DNA from: Octopus bimaculoides
Taxonomy: Eukaryota
Assembly (NCBI RefSeq): GCF_001194135.2
Contig: NC_068981.1
Coordinates: forward strand, 77,630,078 to 77,694,077
Length of the DNA: 64,000 nucleotides
Direction: 5' to 3'
The notes under the pieces are model-generated. The model searched no databases. It saw only the letters and a program-made list of their open reading frames with translations, and had not been told where the DNA came from. Both the position numbers and the translations under genes were made by a program. Shown one piece after another: positions 49,700-61,879 of this stretch. Position 1 is the first letter of the stretch, and every line of letters begins with the position of its first letter.

Positions 49700-51340
49700 C
49701 AATACGCCAACTGATACCATAAATTTATTTGAAACTGCTGCAGGAATCCATTATACTCCGCATGAAGGAGGGAGCTATTACCACTGCCATCACGAGGACC
49801 AACCAGAGCAGCAACAGCAACGAGCAGGAATGTGAAGAGAAAGAAAAAAGAATATTTTTCTTGCCACACACCTGCAGATTTCACCACCACCACCACCACG
49901 TCAATGAGAGGAAAAGATTGGCAAAACAACAGTGGAAACAACCACAGCAAACAAAACACATATCTCACCAGCATCGACGGCATCCACACACCAGACAGCA
50001 ACAAAAACAACAGCATCAGACCCCACCCCCAGAACAACAACAACTTTTCCAACAAAACACAACCAAAATACCGCATAAGATTCACCTCTTCCTCGTTCCA
50101 AACACTCAGAAATGTCCTGCGCGGAGAGGGAGGAGGAAGCGCCTAAATGGCAACAAGACGCTAGGTCAAAAAGAATAAGAAACAAAAACATACCAACTAA
50201 AACACAAGAATCTGGCAAGTATGAAGTTAGTAAGAAGACACATTTCAAAACGATAGCAGCCACACCAACACCGTCAACAACAGCGTTTCAATCAGTAACA
50301 TCACCACAAGCGCAACTCAGTTCGCATATACAACTCGCAGCTCTCACATCCTAACACCAGCAACACACCATCATCAATTACACAGTGATAAACACAAACA
50401 ATAATGAGCTAATGGCACACATATACAACCATACAGACATTACAAACTCCGATTTCATTACACCAACAAGCAACACACTATCACATATAAAAATAATCCT
50501 AACGTCACAAAAAACATACAACACAATAAAAATGAAAAATCCTGAAGGAGTAGGAGTTTTTAGGAAAAGTATAGACAAAAGACTATACCATGAACTGCTC
50601 GTGAAAGCATCCACAAATAACCACAGGGAATGAACAACCAACAAAATTGCTGTAAGTAGCCTTTTCCGCTTTTATACCTTGATCTAACATGGCCTCGCTA
50701 GACAGTGTAAATGCGCGTGTCCTGGGGTCGCCTTGGAATCAGGGTCATCTACTCAACGATCTCCGATCACTAAGTGTCGATGTGATGGCCATCAGTGAAA
50801 CCAGACTCTCCGACAGACAAGCGTTCATGCCCATTTTCGGCGGATACAAGGTCTATTTATCTCCATGTCCACCAGGAATGGGAGGTGGAACTGCGGTGTT
50901 GTTCCGGATGGGCCTGGATCTCGAGATAAGGATAATCTTCTTGAACCCAGATAGTAAGTTCATGATTCTGGATGTGAACAGTAGTGACGGGTGTGTCCTT
51001 AGACTTTTTGCTGTTTATGCTCCGACTAGAACAGGACAGCCGGATTTCTTCAGACGTTTGGACATTTTTCCTAGGAACGCCACGGCCTTTACTGTGGGTG
51101 ATTGGAACGCCGTCTTAGAGACACATTTGGACTGCGTGGGCTAGCTGATAAAAGAGGAGGTGGTAAAAGCCTCGCAAACCTGCTTAGACAATTTCAGCTG
51201 TCTGACAGGTACCGACTAGATTTCCTGAATGTGTCAATGTGAACTTGAACGAAGCGCATTGGGTCATCCAGATCGTATCTAAGAAGGGTATTCTGTAGAC
51301 CATTGGATAAAGATAGCATAAGCTGTCCACTATTCAGACT
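49700..51340 (+). mobile_element. Tx1/L1-clade LINE fragment: low-complexity ORF1 tail and APE endonuclease
   Basis: ORF 50689-51144: SLDSVNARVL...DVMAISETRL...GGGTAVLF...LFAVYAP...VGDWNAVL (APE motifs); upstream Q/H/T-rich tract read as ORF1 or spacer is less certain. Confidence 0.8.
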
Positions 51341-51929
51341 CGACCTACATAGGCTTAGAAGGCAAGACCCGGTTAGTGGAAGCTGAACGCGTCACTCCTG
51401 GCGTGCTGCTTCTGTGCCGCTGCTAATGCTGCGTCTGCTATTAGATTTGAGAAAAACGTAACGTTTGGATTTACTTTACGGCAATTATGGAAGCAAAACT
51501 TGCATACTTCTTCCAAGATTTATTATTATATATTTTAGTTTTGTTTTAGATATAAAAGACATTGCAAGTTGAAAGAATAAAACACTTCTATTGTCTCCTC
51601 AAGAATCGTCAAAACATATACTGCGTACCTGTGTTACAGGCGTCAAATATTTCACGCAATGAAAAGTTACTTTCAGCTTTTTTCTTCTCCTTTGTTATGA
51701 CCGAAATACAATACATATGTCAGTTTAAAATCCCTTGTGACAAAAATGTTTGTAATATATGCGGTTTTGTAATGAATGAAAAATCATTGGAAGATGTTTG
51801 GGATAAATTTACAGGATTTCTATGCTTTGGCGTCTGCGTCTGACAGCATGTGTGTGTGTGAGTGTGTGTGCATGCATGTGCATGTATATATGCGTAAATA
51901 CATAATCTTGTGTATATGTCTCCGTATGA

Positions 51930-51961
<32 letters not shown>

Positions 51962-52091
51962 NNNNNNNNNNNNNNNNNNNNNNNNNNNNNNNNNNNNNNN
52001 NNNNNNNNNNNNNNNNNNNNNNNNNNNNNNNNNNNNNNNNNNNNNNNNNNNNNNNNNNNNNNNNNNNNNNNNNNNNNNNNNNNNNNNNNNN

Positions 52092-52123
<32 letters not shown>

Positions 52124-52379
52124 CATGTATGTGCGTATATGTATATGTACGTATTTATGTATGTATGAATACATGTATAAGCGTATATCCTTATATATAT
52201 GCATTTGCATTTGTGTATATACATATATAGGTGTATTTGTGTGTGCGCGTGTGTGTGAATATGCGCGTGTGTTCTTGTTAAAAGATTGCCAGCTCTTCAT
52301 TTAACCTTGCACGGCCATAAGCCTAGCTTCCGTTCTGCTAGCACGTTCACAGATAATAACACTTGAACTGTCTCTTTCC

Positions 52380-52620
52380 TGGCATCACCGGCTGACTTTA
52401 GACTGCACGTGTTTTTACGATGCCTGGTCAACTGACTTGCAAATTAACCCACACTCATTACAAATGTACCAATGTGGCGGTGGAATCATCTCACACCCTG
52501 CTTGATTTTTACCTAGTTCATGTGAATTGAAGTGATTGATTAGTCCATTTCTTGACAAAAGAAACCGTCCACACACAATGTACCTCAGTTTCAGCTGGAC
52601 TTTGGCAAGCATTGCAATGA
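52380..52620 (-). mobile_element. RTE LINE C-terminal zinc-finger remnant
   Basis: YIVCGRFLLSRNGLINHFNSH and YICNECGLICKS. Confidence 0.55.
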
Positions 52621-52949
52621 TCATTTCAGAGCAGAGTACACCACTTGCTTTTGATCATAGACATCATACCTATTCTTAACAATCTTTCTCTATCATACAC
52701 GGTTTTCAGTCTATGACTCTTAGTCATCCGCGTCTATCTCTACAACTTTCATATAAATATTCATATACCATACAACCAATCGTAAGATCTCTCATGCGTG
52801 CTATTGGTAAGATAGAATCCAATACAACCTGTCGCACGGTCGGGTAGATGGCGACTAAACCGGCACACCCACTAGGCCTTCCTGATTAGGAGGAATGCCA
52901 GAAACCCAGCAGGACTAAAACCACGATCTGTCAAAATAATGGATCAACC

Positions 52950-53480
52950 TAATGTAGGTTCAACGATTATCAAGCACGGACCCTCAGAAATTCCGAACGG
53001 GTATCCGGCGTACTGGAAGACAACTGGGAGTGACGCACTCCTCGGTTTTTGTTAAAGCATATCACTAGGAGAAGGTCACTCTGATATAAAACCAGATATG
53101 CAGGAAATGGCAGTGAATATTTTGTGTATTTTTTGCTTGCACTAGAGATAATGGCGTTCCCACATTCCTGAGACTGCAACCCATATTGGTTTTAGATAGC
53201 TTGCCTTGTCTTGTTATTGGATCATGCCAATAGGGGGCATATGGTCGTGAAGTGCTATGCCGGCGATTGTACAACCTAAAATTTTAGGTTGTGCTATCGC
53301 CGGCGAGGTGACTTTCCGATGCCCAGTCGAGTAATAGGGCATCACAGCGAGCATAAAAGCCATGGGCGCGAACCCCAGATGAAGTCAACCGCACGTGCGA
53401 TAACCTCATGCGCGGTCATTGCTGCCATATTGCTTGGGCAATCGCCAGTGAAGGTGTCCTTCGGTCACGCGTGAACAGCC
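52950..53480 (-). mobile_element. Highly degraded LINE RT fragment
   Basis: NKNRGVRHSQLSS (~RGVRQGCPLSP); IGKSP upstream. Confidence 0.35.
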
Positions 53481-53494
53481 ATCAAATATATTTT

Positions 53495-53705
53495 TTATTC
53501 TTTTTCTTGTTTCAGTCATTTAACTTCGGCCATGCTGGAGCACCACCTTGAAGGGTTTTAGTCGAACAATTCGACCCCAGGATTTACTTTTAAGCCTAGA
53601 ACTTATTCTGTCGGTCTCTTTTGCTGAACCGCGAAGTTGCGGAGGCGTAAACACACCAACACGTGGTAGTCAAGCGCTGATAGGAGGACAAACACAGACA
53701 GAAAG
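53495..53705 (-). mobile_element. SINE body (family B)
   Basis: TCTTTTTCTTGTTTCAGTCATT...GAACCGCGAAGTTGCGG...GGAGGACAAACACAGAC. Confidence 0.85.
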
Positions 53706-53721
53706 ACAGACGCACACACAA

Positions 53722-53834
<113 letters not shown>

Positions 53835-53898
53835 AATCGGACTGACTTGGTGCTTCAACTTAAGTACCTAATTCAACTGAATCTCAATTATATATATA

Positions 53899-54426
53899 CA
53901 GGGTGTCCCAAAAAGATGTACTCACTCTTTGACTTCCCATTACTCATGTATTTTGTGTTCAAGTAGATGTTTTTTGATATACATACAATCCTAAAACGTT
54001 AAATTAAATTCAGGAAAAAAATTGTTATAGAAAAGAGTATTTATTGGCATTTAGAATTATTTAATATTCTCTCTCATTCCTGCGTGTTCGCAAATGTTCA
54101 AGCTGCCTTCCATCATTTTCCAAACAAAGCTGATAACGTCCAACAATGAATTCGACAACATTGCCAAACATTTCATTGTATTCGAGTTTCATTTTTCAAA
54201 TCATCAATTGTCACTGGTTTTGCAGCTTAAACCTTATCTTTGAGATGTCACCATAAAAAAAAAATCCATTTGCGTGAGGTCTGGAGAACGTACAGGAAAT
54301 TCAACGCTACCTCTCCTCCTAATCCATTTATTTGGATTTGTTGCATCGAGGTAAGCCCGTGCATCACAAAAAAACAATACATTAGTAATCGTCTGTCAAA
54401 GAGTGAGTACATCTTTTTGGGACACC

Positions 54427-54429
<3 letters not shown>
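53899..54429 (-). mobile_element. Internally deleted maT/DD37D-type Tc1-mariner (531 bp)
   Basis: Perfect 35 bp TIR CAGGGTGTCCCAAAAAGATGTACTCACTCTTTGAC with TA TSDs; internal ~RSPDLTQMDFF (maT RSPDLTP.DFFLW). Confidence 0.92.
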
Positions 54430-54464
<35 letters not shown>

Positions 54465-54490
54465 AATAGAAGTTGGAAATCCACCAAGGA

Positions 54491-55133
54491 GAGTTAGAAT
54501 ATTTTCTATTAATACATTTAAAGCTTTAACCGGTTTCACAGTTTACACTGATTTTCAAAAACTTCAAATAGAAAGACGTGGCTTATGTCGCAGTTGTCTT
54601 GCTTCTGACTAGTGTTTGAAGCTTGTCCAACTTTTATAGGGAGTTCATGGCTCAAATTACAATAGGATTTGATTCGCAGAGTATAGTCACATGACTGGTC
54701 TTAGAAATTTTTGTAAGTTCCTCGCTACATCCGTGTGTTAGTATCAAGTAACAATGTTTGGCGTCGTAAGTTAAGGTTGATACCATGTCCAAACAATCAA
54801 TGCTGTGAATGTTTTCTGTGAAGTGTTTGTAGAGGATGAACACATGGTTGAGTTTATAACCCTTTGTACATTTCCCGTTACGTCAGTGCGTTAGTGTCAC
54901 GTAACAGTATGTTTTGCGCCTAAAAGACGTACAACATGGTTGAGTGAACATGTTCAGTTACAATCAAGGCACTCCAAATTTAATCTGCCTGGTGGGAGAG
55001 TGGACAGGAGTCGTTTGTATGTAGTCCAGTGACCAAAGAAGTTAGCTGTGTAGGTTCTTCATATTAAGTAGCAGAATGAGTTTCGTATATGAATAGTTAT
55101 TTGTGTATGTGCAGTTAAAATTTGTTAAGTCTT
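54491..55133 (-). repeat. Solo pseudo-LTR of the Neptune/Naiad-like PLE
   Basis: Reverse complement of 14748-15419. Confidence 0.88.
54517..54568 (-). ncRNA. Second U3:A8 hammerhead-like motif
   Basis: Reverse complement TTTGAAGTTT-TTGAAAA-T-CAGTGTAAACTG-T-GAAA-CCGG-T-T-AAAGCTTTAAA; core and stems II/III identical to the 15341 copy. Confidence 0.65.
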
Positions 55134-55229
55134 CAAAACATATACTAATTTGAGCCATGAACTCCCTGTAAAAATAGTGCAAGCTTCAAACACTAGCCAG
55201 AAACAAGCAGCTGCAACGTAAGCCACGTC
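55134..55229 (+). repeat. Partial inverted copy of the same pseudo-LTR
   Basis: Matches 15237-15344 and stops at the start of HHR stem I. Confidence 0.85.
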
Positions 55230-55559
55230 TTTCTATTTGCTCTTGTTCACTCAGCTGGTATGTGCCAAGTTGCATCGGCTTTTGCCTTTCCCTTGGATAA
55301 CATCGGAGAGGGGAGGGCTGGTATGCATGGGCAACTGCTGGTCTTCCATAAACAATCTTGCCCAGATTTGTGCGTCGGAGGAGAACTTTCTAGGTGTAAT
55401 CCCATGGTCATTCATGACCGAAAGGGGTCTTTTAAACTACGCAGTAGTGCCCTGTTTGTACAGAGCAATACAAGGGTGGTCTTGAAAGTAATACAAAAGA
55501 AGCATATCTTTTTCAGTAACTGACATAGGGCATTCACCATGCGCATATTCTTAGAACAA

Positions 55560-56580
55560 CTTATCATTCTGTTCTCTTTCTTTGCAGGCACTTAGCGGTA
55601 TCCATATCAACAAGCATCATTCTAGATTTAATCCATTTCTAACACATTCTTCCTAGTAGGTGGTGCATATTTTGCCGTTGATTGTTCATAGAAGTTAAAG
55701 TAAAATTGAACCTGACATTTCATGGGTAAGAAATCATACACACATGTCTTCCTATTGACTGGGTGTACAATATACATTCATCCAATACCAATGTCGAGCT
55801 TTCTTTACTTTGTTGATAAAGATCGTAAGCGTCGCACTCCTTCGGTTAGGTACTTTCTTTGCAGCAGTTACTTATTTTCTACATGGACAGTTTCTGAATA
55901 CTAGAATATATTTCATGAAAGGTGTCAAAATAAATAAAAAGTCCAGAAAGCCTAAATCCTGTTGATGTGCTTTCACTGATGGAAGTAATTCCATCGCTGT
56001 TGTGTAAACGCAGAAACCCTGTTGATATGTTTGCACACATATTTGATGGCTTGATTGGATTGCAGAAGCCAACATAAATTTGTGCATTAAATGATTTGGT
56101 CAAGAGCAGTCTGTATAAAACTATTCATCCACGGTCGATTGCATTCTTATTTAGGAAATCTCTTTTCACTAGCGATGTTCTATAGAAAAGATAGTCAAAG
56201 TTTTCTATTTAGGTCGTTTTATCAAATGGCTTTGGAAACTATATGGTGTATTTGTTGTCTCCCTCGCAAGATGGATTCCTATTCGAGGCACGATAAGGAT
56301 CATAAACCGCCTAGATTTTAACAATATTGAAAAGTCCTTTGTCCCTGCCAGAGCCTGGATTCTCTTCTGATAGGAGGCAATTAATTTGAATCGTAATTGT
56401 TAACCAGGTCAAGATCGGCAAGCCTCATTTTTGCTATTTGTAGCATACATATGACACCTAACACGTTCAAAAACGTGGCACTAACTTACCAAATCCCATC
56501 ATGTTGCTCAGTTTTAAGACGGAAAACGCCGAATTTGACATCGTATCTAAGAAAGTAAACCTGCATTGGAAAGATCTTTG
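55560..56580 (+). mobile_element. Very degenerate PLE RT/linker remnant (Neptune-like)
   Basis: Frameshifted pieces FAHIFDGL, MIWSRAVCIKLFI, YRKDSQSFL, QDGFL, HKP..*QY, KKVNLHWKDLW, in the order expected for a PLE RT. Confidence 0.4.
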
Positions 56581-56585
56581 GAAAA

Positions 56586-57590
56586 ATCGTTTCGCAGAAG
56601 TGTTGTCTCTATAATGGAATCCTATATTGATAAGCATTTATAAACAACTCTTCTGCTCTTCAGAGATATAAACTTTGAATTTTGTATAATTTATCGAATA
56701 GTAGCTTTTTTTAAATATGAGGTAATATGATAAAATGGTGTTTGTCTGAAATATAAGTTAAAAATTAAAAATTACTGCTTTTGATTTTGGTAAGTACACT
56801 TTTGTATGAGAGTTTTAAATCCATATATGCTTCCTTGGTAGGTCTTCTGTAATAATCCATAATAGTTATGTGTAAAATCCATTGTATGTGCAAAATCCAT
56901 TATAATAGTTATGTGTAAAATCCATTATTTTTAAGCCTATGAACTATATTTGGAATGCAGGACAATGTAATGGATTTTATACGTAATTATTATGGATTAC
57001 TACAGAAGAATTACCAAGGAGGCATATATGAATTTCAAGATTCTCATACTAAAGTGTACTTACCCAATTCAAAAGCAGTAACTTTTAATTTAAATTTCAA
57101 ACAAACACCATTTTCCCATATTACTTCATAATTAAAAAAAAAAAAACTACCATTCGTTAAGTTATACAAATTTCACATTTGATATTTCTGAAGAGCAGAA
57201 GAGTTATCTATAAATGCTTATCAATATAGGATTCCATTATTCTATATTATCTAAGTCTATGAACTATATTTGGAATACAGGATAATATAATGGATTTTAC
57301 ACATAACTATTATGGATTATCACAGAAGACCTACCAAGGAAGCATGTATGGATTTAAAGACTCTCATACTAAAATGTACTTACCAAAATCAAAAGCAGTA
57401 ATTTTTAATTTTTAATTTATATTTCAAACAAACACCATTTTACCATATTACTACATATTTTTTTAAAAACTACTATTATACAAAATTCAAAGTTTATATC
57501 TCTGAAGAGCAGAAGAGTTGTCTATAAATGCTTATCAATATAGGATTTCATTATAGGGACAACACTTCTGCGAAACGATCGTAAGATGCT
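56586..57590. repeat. ~320 bp PLE terminal-repeat array: one inverted copy (56586-56930) then two direct copies (56933-57240, 57253-57590)
   Basis: AAG(C/T)CTATGAACTATATTTGGAAT at 56933 and 57253; unit encodes RRPTKEACMDLKTLILK (~PLE GIY-YIG end REA.W...LKTL.P.GLN) followed by an HHR. Confidence 0.92.
57496..57588 (+). ncRNA. Type I hammerhead ribozyme with long stem II, apparently intact
   Basis: ATCT-CTGAAGA-GCAGAAG.GTTGTC...GACAAC.CTTCTGC-GAAA-CGATCG-T-A-AGAT; canonical G10.1-C11.1, palindromic stem III ACGATCGT, GUA triplet. Confidence 0.88.
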
Positions 57591-58005
57591 TTAAAAACTT
57601 AATTCAAAACTTTTAAACTGTCATATTTATTATTATATTTTATATATTTATACTTATACATATTTCCATATATTCATATATATATTTATATTTTTAATAC
57701 AATTATTTTACACATATATATATCTTTCTGAAGAATTTTCTAATATATATTTCCTGATATTAATAATAATATATTATAGAATATATATAATCGCTCGTAT
57801 TAAATACATAAATGCTTTAATAGTATTAATATTTTGATACAATAGAGCACTCAATATAAATTCAGTATATAATACTCTCATTGAATATATTTAACTAAAG
57901 ATTTATATATGTATGCATGTATGTATGTATATAAGTATGTATGTATGTATGTATGTATGTATGTATGTATGTATGTATGTATGTATATATGTATGTATGT
58001 ATGTA

Positions 58006-58036
<31 letters not shown>

Positions 58037-58049
58037 ATGTATATGTAAA

Positions 58050-58445
58050 TATACATTTATAAATAAATGCAAAAAGAAAAAAATTTCTTTGCCAATATGC
58101 TGAAAAATCGTCTAACCACATAAAATATTTTCACTTGTATTATTATTATTTAGGGTACTTAAATGTATTCATGACTTTGCATCTACTTTTCCATGAGTAT
58201 GTCTAAGTATTTCATATATTTTCATTTTGTGCTTCTCGCTGATGAAGGAAAAATCCTTTTTGGATAAATCAAGAAATCGGAACCGATTCGGAGATAACTA
58301 TATTTTTCATAAATTTTTGTTAGTTTGCTTTTCTCGTTTCGGAAAGTGAAAATATTTTGTGTGGTTAGACGATTTAGTGTCTATTTTTCGGCATATTGGC
58401 AAAGAATTGTTTTTCTTTTTGCCCCTATTTATAATTGTATAATTT
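58050..58445. repeat. Inverted repeat pair (~58050-58136 / 58344-58445) flanking a degenerate HHR-like motif
   Basis: CTTTGCCAATATGC...CGTCTAACCACATAAAATATTTTCACTT versus its reverse complement carrying an ~11 nt insertion. Confidence 0.85.
58234..58294 (+). ncRNA. Degenerate type I HHR-like motif
   Basis: TCTCG-CTGATGA-[27 nt]-GAAA-TCGGAACCGA-T-T-CGGAGA; stems I and III plausible, stem II poorly closed. Confidence 0.4.
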
Positions 58446-58534
58446 TTACCATAAAAGGTGTTTTTCATATGAAGGCCACTGATAGAAAGTTTTAATAAAA
58501 TTTTATCCTTATATTAGAAGGAAATATATGTATA

Positions 58535-58751
58535 AAAGGGGGTGCTGTAAAGTTCCTGGCTTTGGATAAAAGAAAATACAGGAAGATCAGTTAATTATGA
58601 TTTTGTTCAACATATTCCCCTCTCAGATGCTCACAATTATTACAGTGGTCCTTCAGTTTTTCTAAGTTTTGTAAAAGAAATTGGAATGTTGTTTCTCCAA
58701 CCAGGCATTTCGGGATACTCTTAAAGCCAGAAACTTTTCATCCCCCCCCCC
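58535..58751. mobile_element. Mariner-type MITE (~217 bp)
   Basis: Imperfect TIRs GGGGGTGCTGTAAAGTTCCTGGCTTT / AAAGCCAGAAACTTTTCATCCCCC with flanking TA. Confidence 0.75.
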
Positions 58752-59405
58752 TAATACAATTTACTATATCGAGTTAGTCTCTTATGAAACCATTACAACT
58801 TCTAAAAGTTCTACATAAGTAAAAAAAAACTATTACACTAACGATAAATACACNNNNNNNNNNNNNNNNNNNNNNNNNNNNNNNNNNNNNNNNNNNNNNN
58901 NNNNNNNNNNNNNNNNNNNNNNNNNNNNNNNNNNNNNNTATATGTATGTATGTATGTATGTATGTATATATACGTACACACAGAAAGAGACATTTAAAGT
59001 ATGTATATTAGTATTTAACTTCAGGAAATTTAATAAGCATTGGTACATATGCATTTAAATTTTCCAGCAATTAACTTCAATTTTTTTAGAAAAAAAATTT
59101 AATTAAAGCACTTACATAATTCACCTTGTCTAAATTCCCCACTATCTTAATACAAACTACATACACATACACACATGCATACACATACACACACACATGC
59201 ACACACACACTCACACAAACTCACATGCACACACAAAAAACATAGATACAATTACAAACACATGCAATTTACTTAACACATGACGTACACACATTAAATG
59301 TATAAACTTACTATTTTCAATTTACTTTTACTTAGATTACTTCATTAGTGATAATATTTTAAGCATTACTTATTCATATTTGATTTCAAACATTATTATT
59401 ATTAC

Positions 59406-59441
<36 letters not shown>

Positions 59442-59457
59442 CATCATTATTATTATT

Positions 59458-59935
59458 GCCTTTGCACAGCGTCTAACGCTGGAGGTGTACTACAGTGTCA
59501 GCTGTTCACTACCAGTGAACTAAGGTAACACCTCTTATTTTTCAAGCACCTTCCGGGGTATACGAGCGGCTCCAAGCAGTGCTGTTTTCTGCAAGTGCTT
59601 CACCCTTATTGCAGCCCCTATTTATGTCATGTACTTCTCAAGATTTTCACTCTCTGTTCCCAGGGCTCCAACAATTATTGGCACTACTGCCACCTTTTTC
59701 ATCGACCACAACTGCTTAACCTCCCAAGCTAACCTGTCATATCTCTGACTTGTTGCCAGCTGAGCATGCTATATCTATGATCCAGCATAGTTTGCTTTCT
59801 TTCTCAATTAAGACTATGTCTGACTTCCTATCTTCTATCTCATGGTCGCACTGAATCATAAAATCCCACAGAATCTTTGCATTATCATTTTCGATGATGC
59901 CTTCGGCTTTGTGGTCGTACTAATTTTTTTTTCTG
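59458..59935 (-). mobile_element. R4/Dong-clade 3' fragment (REL domain) abutting (TAA)n
   Basis: YDHKAEGIIENDNAKILWDFMIQCDHEIEDRKSDIVLIEK...IIDIA, VPIIVGALG, LQKTALLGAARI. Confidence 0.88.
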
Positions 59936-59975
59936 TCAAGTCCATACATGTTGCAAAGTGTCCAATATACATATA

Positions 59976-60143
59976 TATGACGGGCTTCTTTCAGTTACCG
60001 TCTACCAAATCCACTCACAAGGCTTTGGTCGGCCCGAGGCTATAGAAGAAGACACTTGCCCAAGGTACCAGGCAGTGGGACTGAACCCGGAACCATCCGG
60101 TTGGTAAGCAAGCTACTTACCACACAGCCACTCCTGCGCCTAT
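59976..60143 (-). mobile_element. SINE head (family C) with duplicated 5' terminus
   Basis: Full match to 35936-36090; CCACACAGCCACTCCTGCGCCTAT occurs twice in tandem (60120-60167). Confidence 0.9.
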
Positions 60144-60169
60144 CCACACAGCCACTCCTGCGCCTATAT

Positions 60170-60520
60170 TTATCTAATATAATTTTACTTAATCTTCCTC
60201 TATCGAATTTAAATGGGCATATCAGTTTTACTTGAGGGTTAGAATAAAAATTGTTTTTATAGTACTTAATGTTTATTCTAGGGTGCATAGGGACATATGG
60301 TTCAGTTCTATTTTCTAAATCATATTTAGTCATGATGTTTTTAGGTATACTGTTAATCTTATTTAATTGACCTTCACTAACAATTTTATACATTTTCGTT
60401 ATTTCTTTTTCTAGAAGGTTATCATATAGTTGTATATCTACTTTATATAGGTTCCTTGTTTTATCCGACTGGACTATTATTCCCTCCATGTTCTTCAATT
60501 TATTAATTTTATTAGCTATA
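60170..60520 (-). mobile_element. Hydra-clade-like PLE ORF fragment
   Basis: QSDKTRNLYK...EITKMYK...NKIN...LENR...KNNFYSNPQVKLICPFK..GRLSKIILDK (~ADKTRNLY...KENF.NNPKCRLINP.KS.IGK.SK.ILD). Confidence 0.7.
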
Positions 60521-61057
60521 TATATNNNNNNNNNNNNNNNNNNNNNNNNNNNNNNNNNNNNNNNNNNNNNNNNNNNNNNNNNNNNNNNNNNNNNNNNNNN
60601 NNNNNNNNNNNNNNNNNNNNNNNNNNNNNNNNNNNNNNNNNNNNNNNNNNNNNNNNNNNNNNNNNNNNNNNNNNNNNNNNNNNNNNNNNNNNNNNNNNNN
60701 NNNNNNNNNNNNNNNNNNNNNNNNNNNNNNNNNNNNNNNNNNNNNNNNNNNNNNNNNNNNNNNNNNNNNNNNNNNNNNNNNNNNNNNNNNNNNNNNNNNN
60801 NNNNNNNNNNNNNNNNNNNNNNNNNNNNNNNNNNNNNNNNNNNNNNNNNNNNNNNNNNNNNNNNNNNNNNNNNNNNNNNNNNNNNNNNNNNNNNNNNNNN
60901 NNNNNNNNNNNNNNNNNNNNNNNNNNNNNNNNNNNNNNNNNNNNNNNNNNNNNNNNNNNNNNNNNNNNNNNNNNNNNNNNNNNNNNNNNNNNNNNNNNNN
61001 NNNNNNNNNNNNNNNNNNNNNNNNNNNNNNNNNNNNNNNNNNNNNNNNNNNNNNNNG

Positions 61058-61262
61058 TGTTTTTGTGTCTGTGTTTGTCCCCCAACATCGCTTGACAACC
61101 GATGCTCGTGTGTTTACGTCCTCGTAACTTAGCGGTTCGGCAAAAGAGACCGATAGAATAAGTACTAAGCCTACAAAGAATAAGTCCTGGGATCGATTTG
61201 CTCGACTAAAGGTGGTGCTCCAGCATGGCCGCAGTCAAATGACTGAAACAAGTAAAAGAGTA
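61058..61262 (+). mobile_element. SINE body (family B)
   Basis: Close match to 36405-36605. Confidence 0.9.
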
Positions 61263-61879
61263 AAATAGTAAAATAGTATATATATATATATATATATATA
61301 TCGATGTGTAATCATAAGATCCAAGAATCTAAGTACAGAAAGTTAGTTTCAAGCAGTCTATGATAGGTTATAAAAGCAACGTCCAGGAACAATAATTTAT
61401 TGGCAATGGTTGTAGGTTTTTCCTATATAGAAGGCTGAAAAAATATTATATATTTCACAGTTCGCAACTTAAGTCGATATGAATGCGAATAAAAATACAA
61501 AGTGAGGGAGTGGAGCAGGTAATATCCCGCCTGTATATGTTTTCTAACTAGCAGATCCTCTAATGTAATAATTACTCAACAGGAGGTAGAGCTAGCTACT
61601 CATCAGTTCGAAGAAAACTTAGTAATATTAAGGTTACATTGTCGTTAAAGAATCCCAAGTTAATTCGTCAAGGATTTAATTTTGTTCCACTACCTCAATT
61701 TGGATATATAAAGCCCCTCTTCGGTCATGATGACGGTCTTTATATAATGACCATGGGATTAAACCTTGAAAGTTCGCCTCCGAGGTACGGATCTGGGCTG
61801 TTTATGGAAGACCAGCAGTTGCCTATGCGTATCAGTTTCCCCTCTCCATGCCACCGATATTGTGGCACCAGTGACGTCG

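Noticed and set aside
49729-50354. Q/H/T-rich ORFs as a host gene
   Set aside because: Low complexity, no splice support, and directly upstream of a LINE APE domain, so more likely LINE ORF1 or spacer
56487-56560. Candidate minus-strand exon with CAG acceptor and GTAAGT donor
   Set aside because: No supporting neighbours or homology; the plus-strand reading fits a PLE linker region better
56586-57590. CRISPR-like or prokaryotic repeat array
   Set aside because: Units are ~320 bp with no unique spacers, there are no cas genes, and the context is eukaryotic
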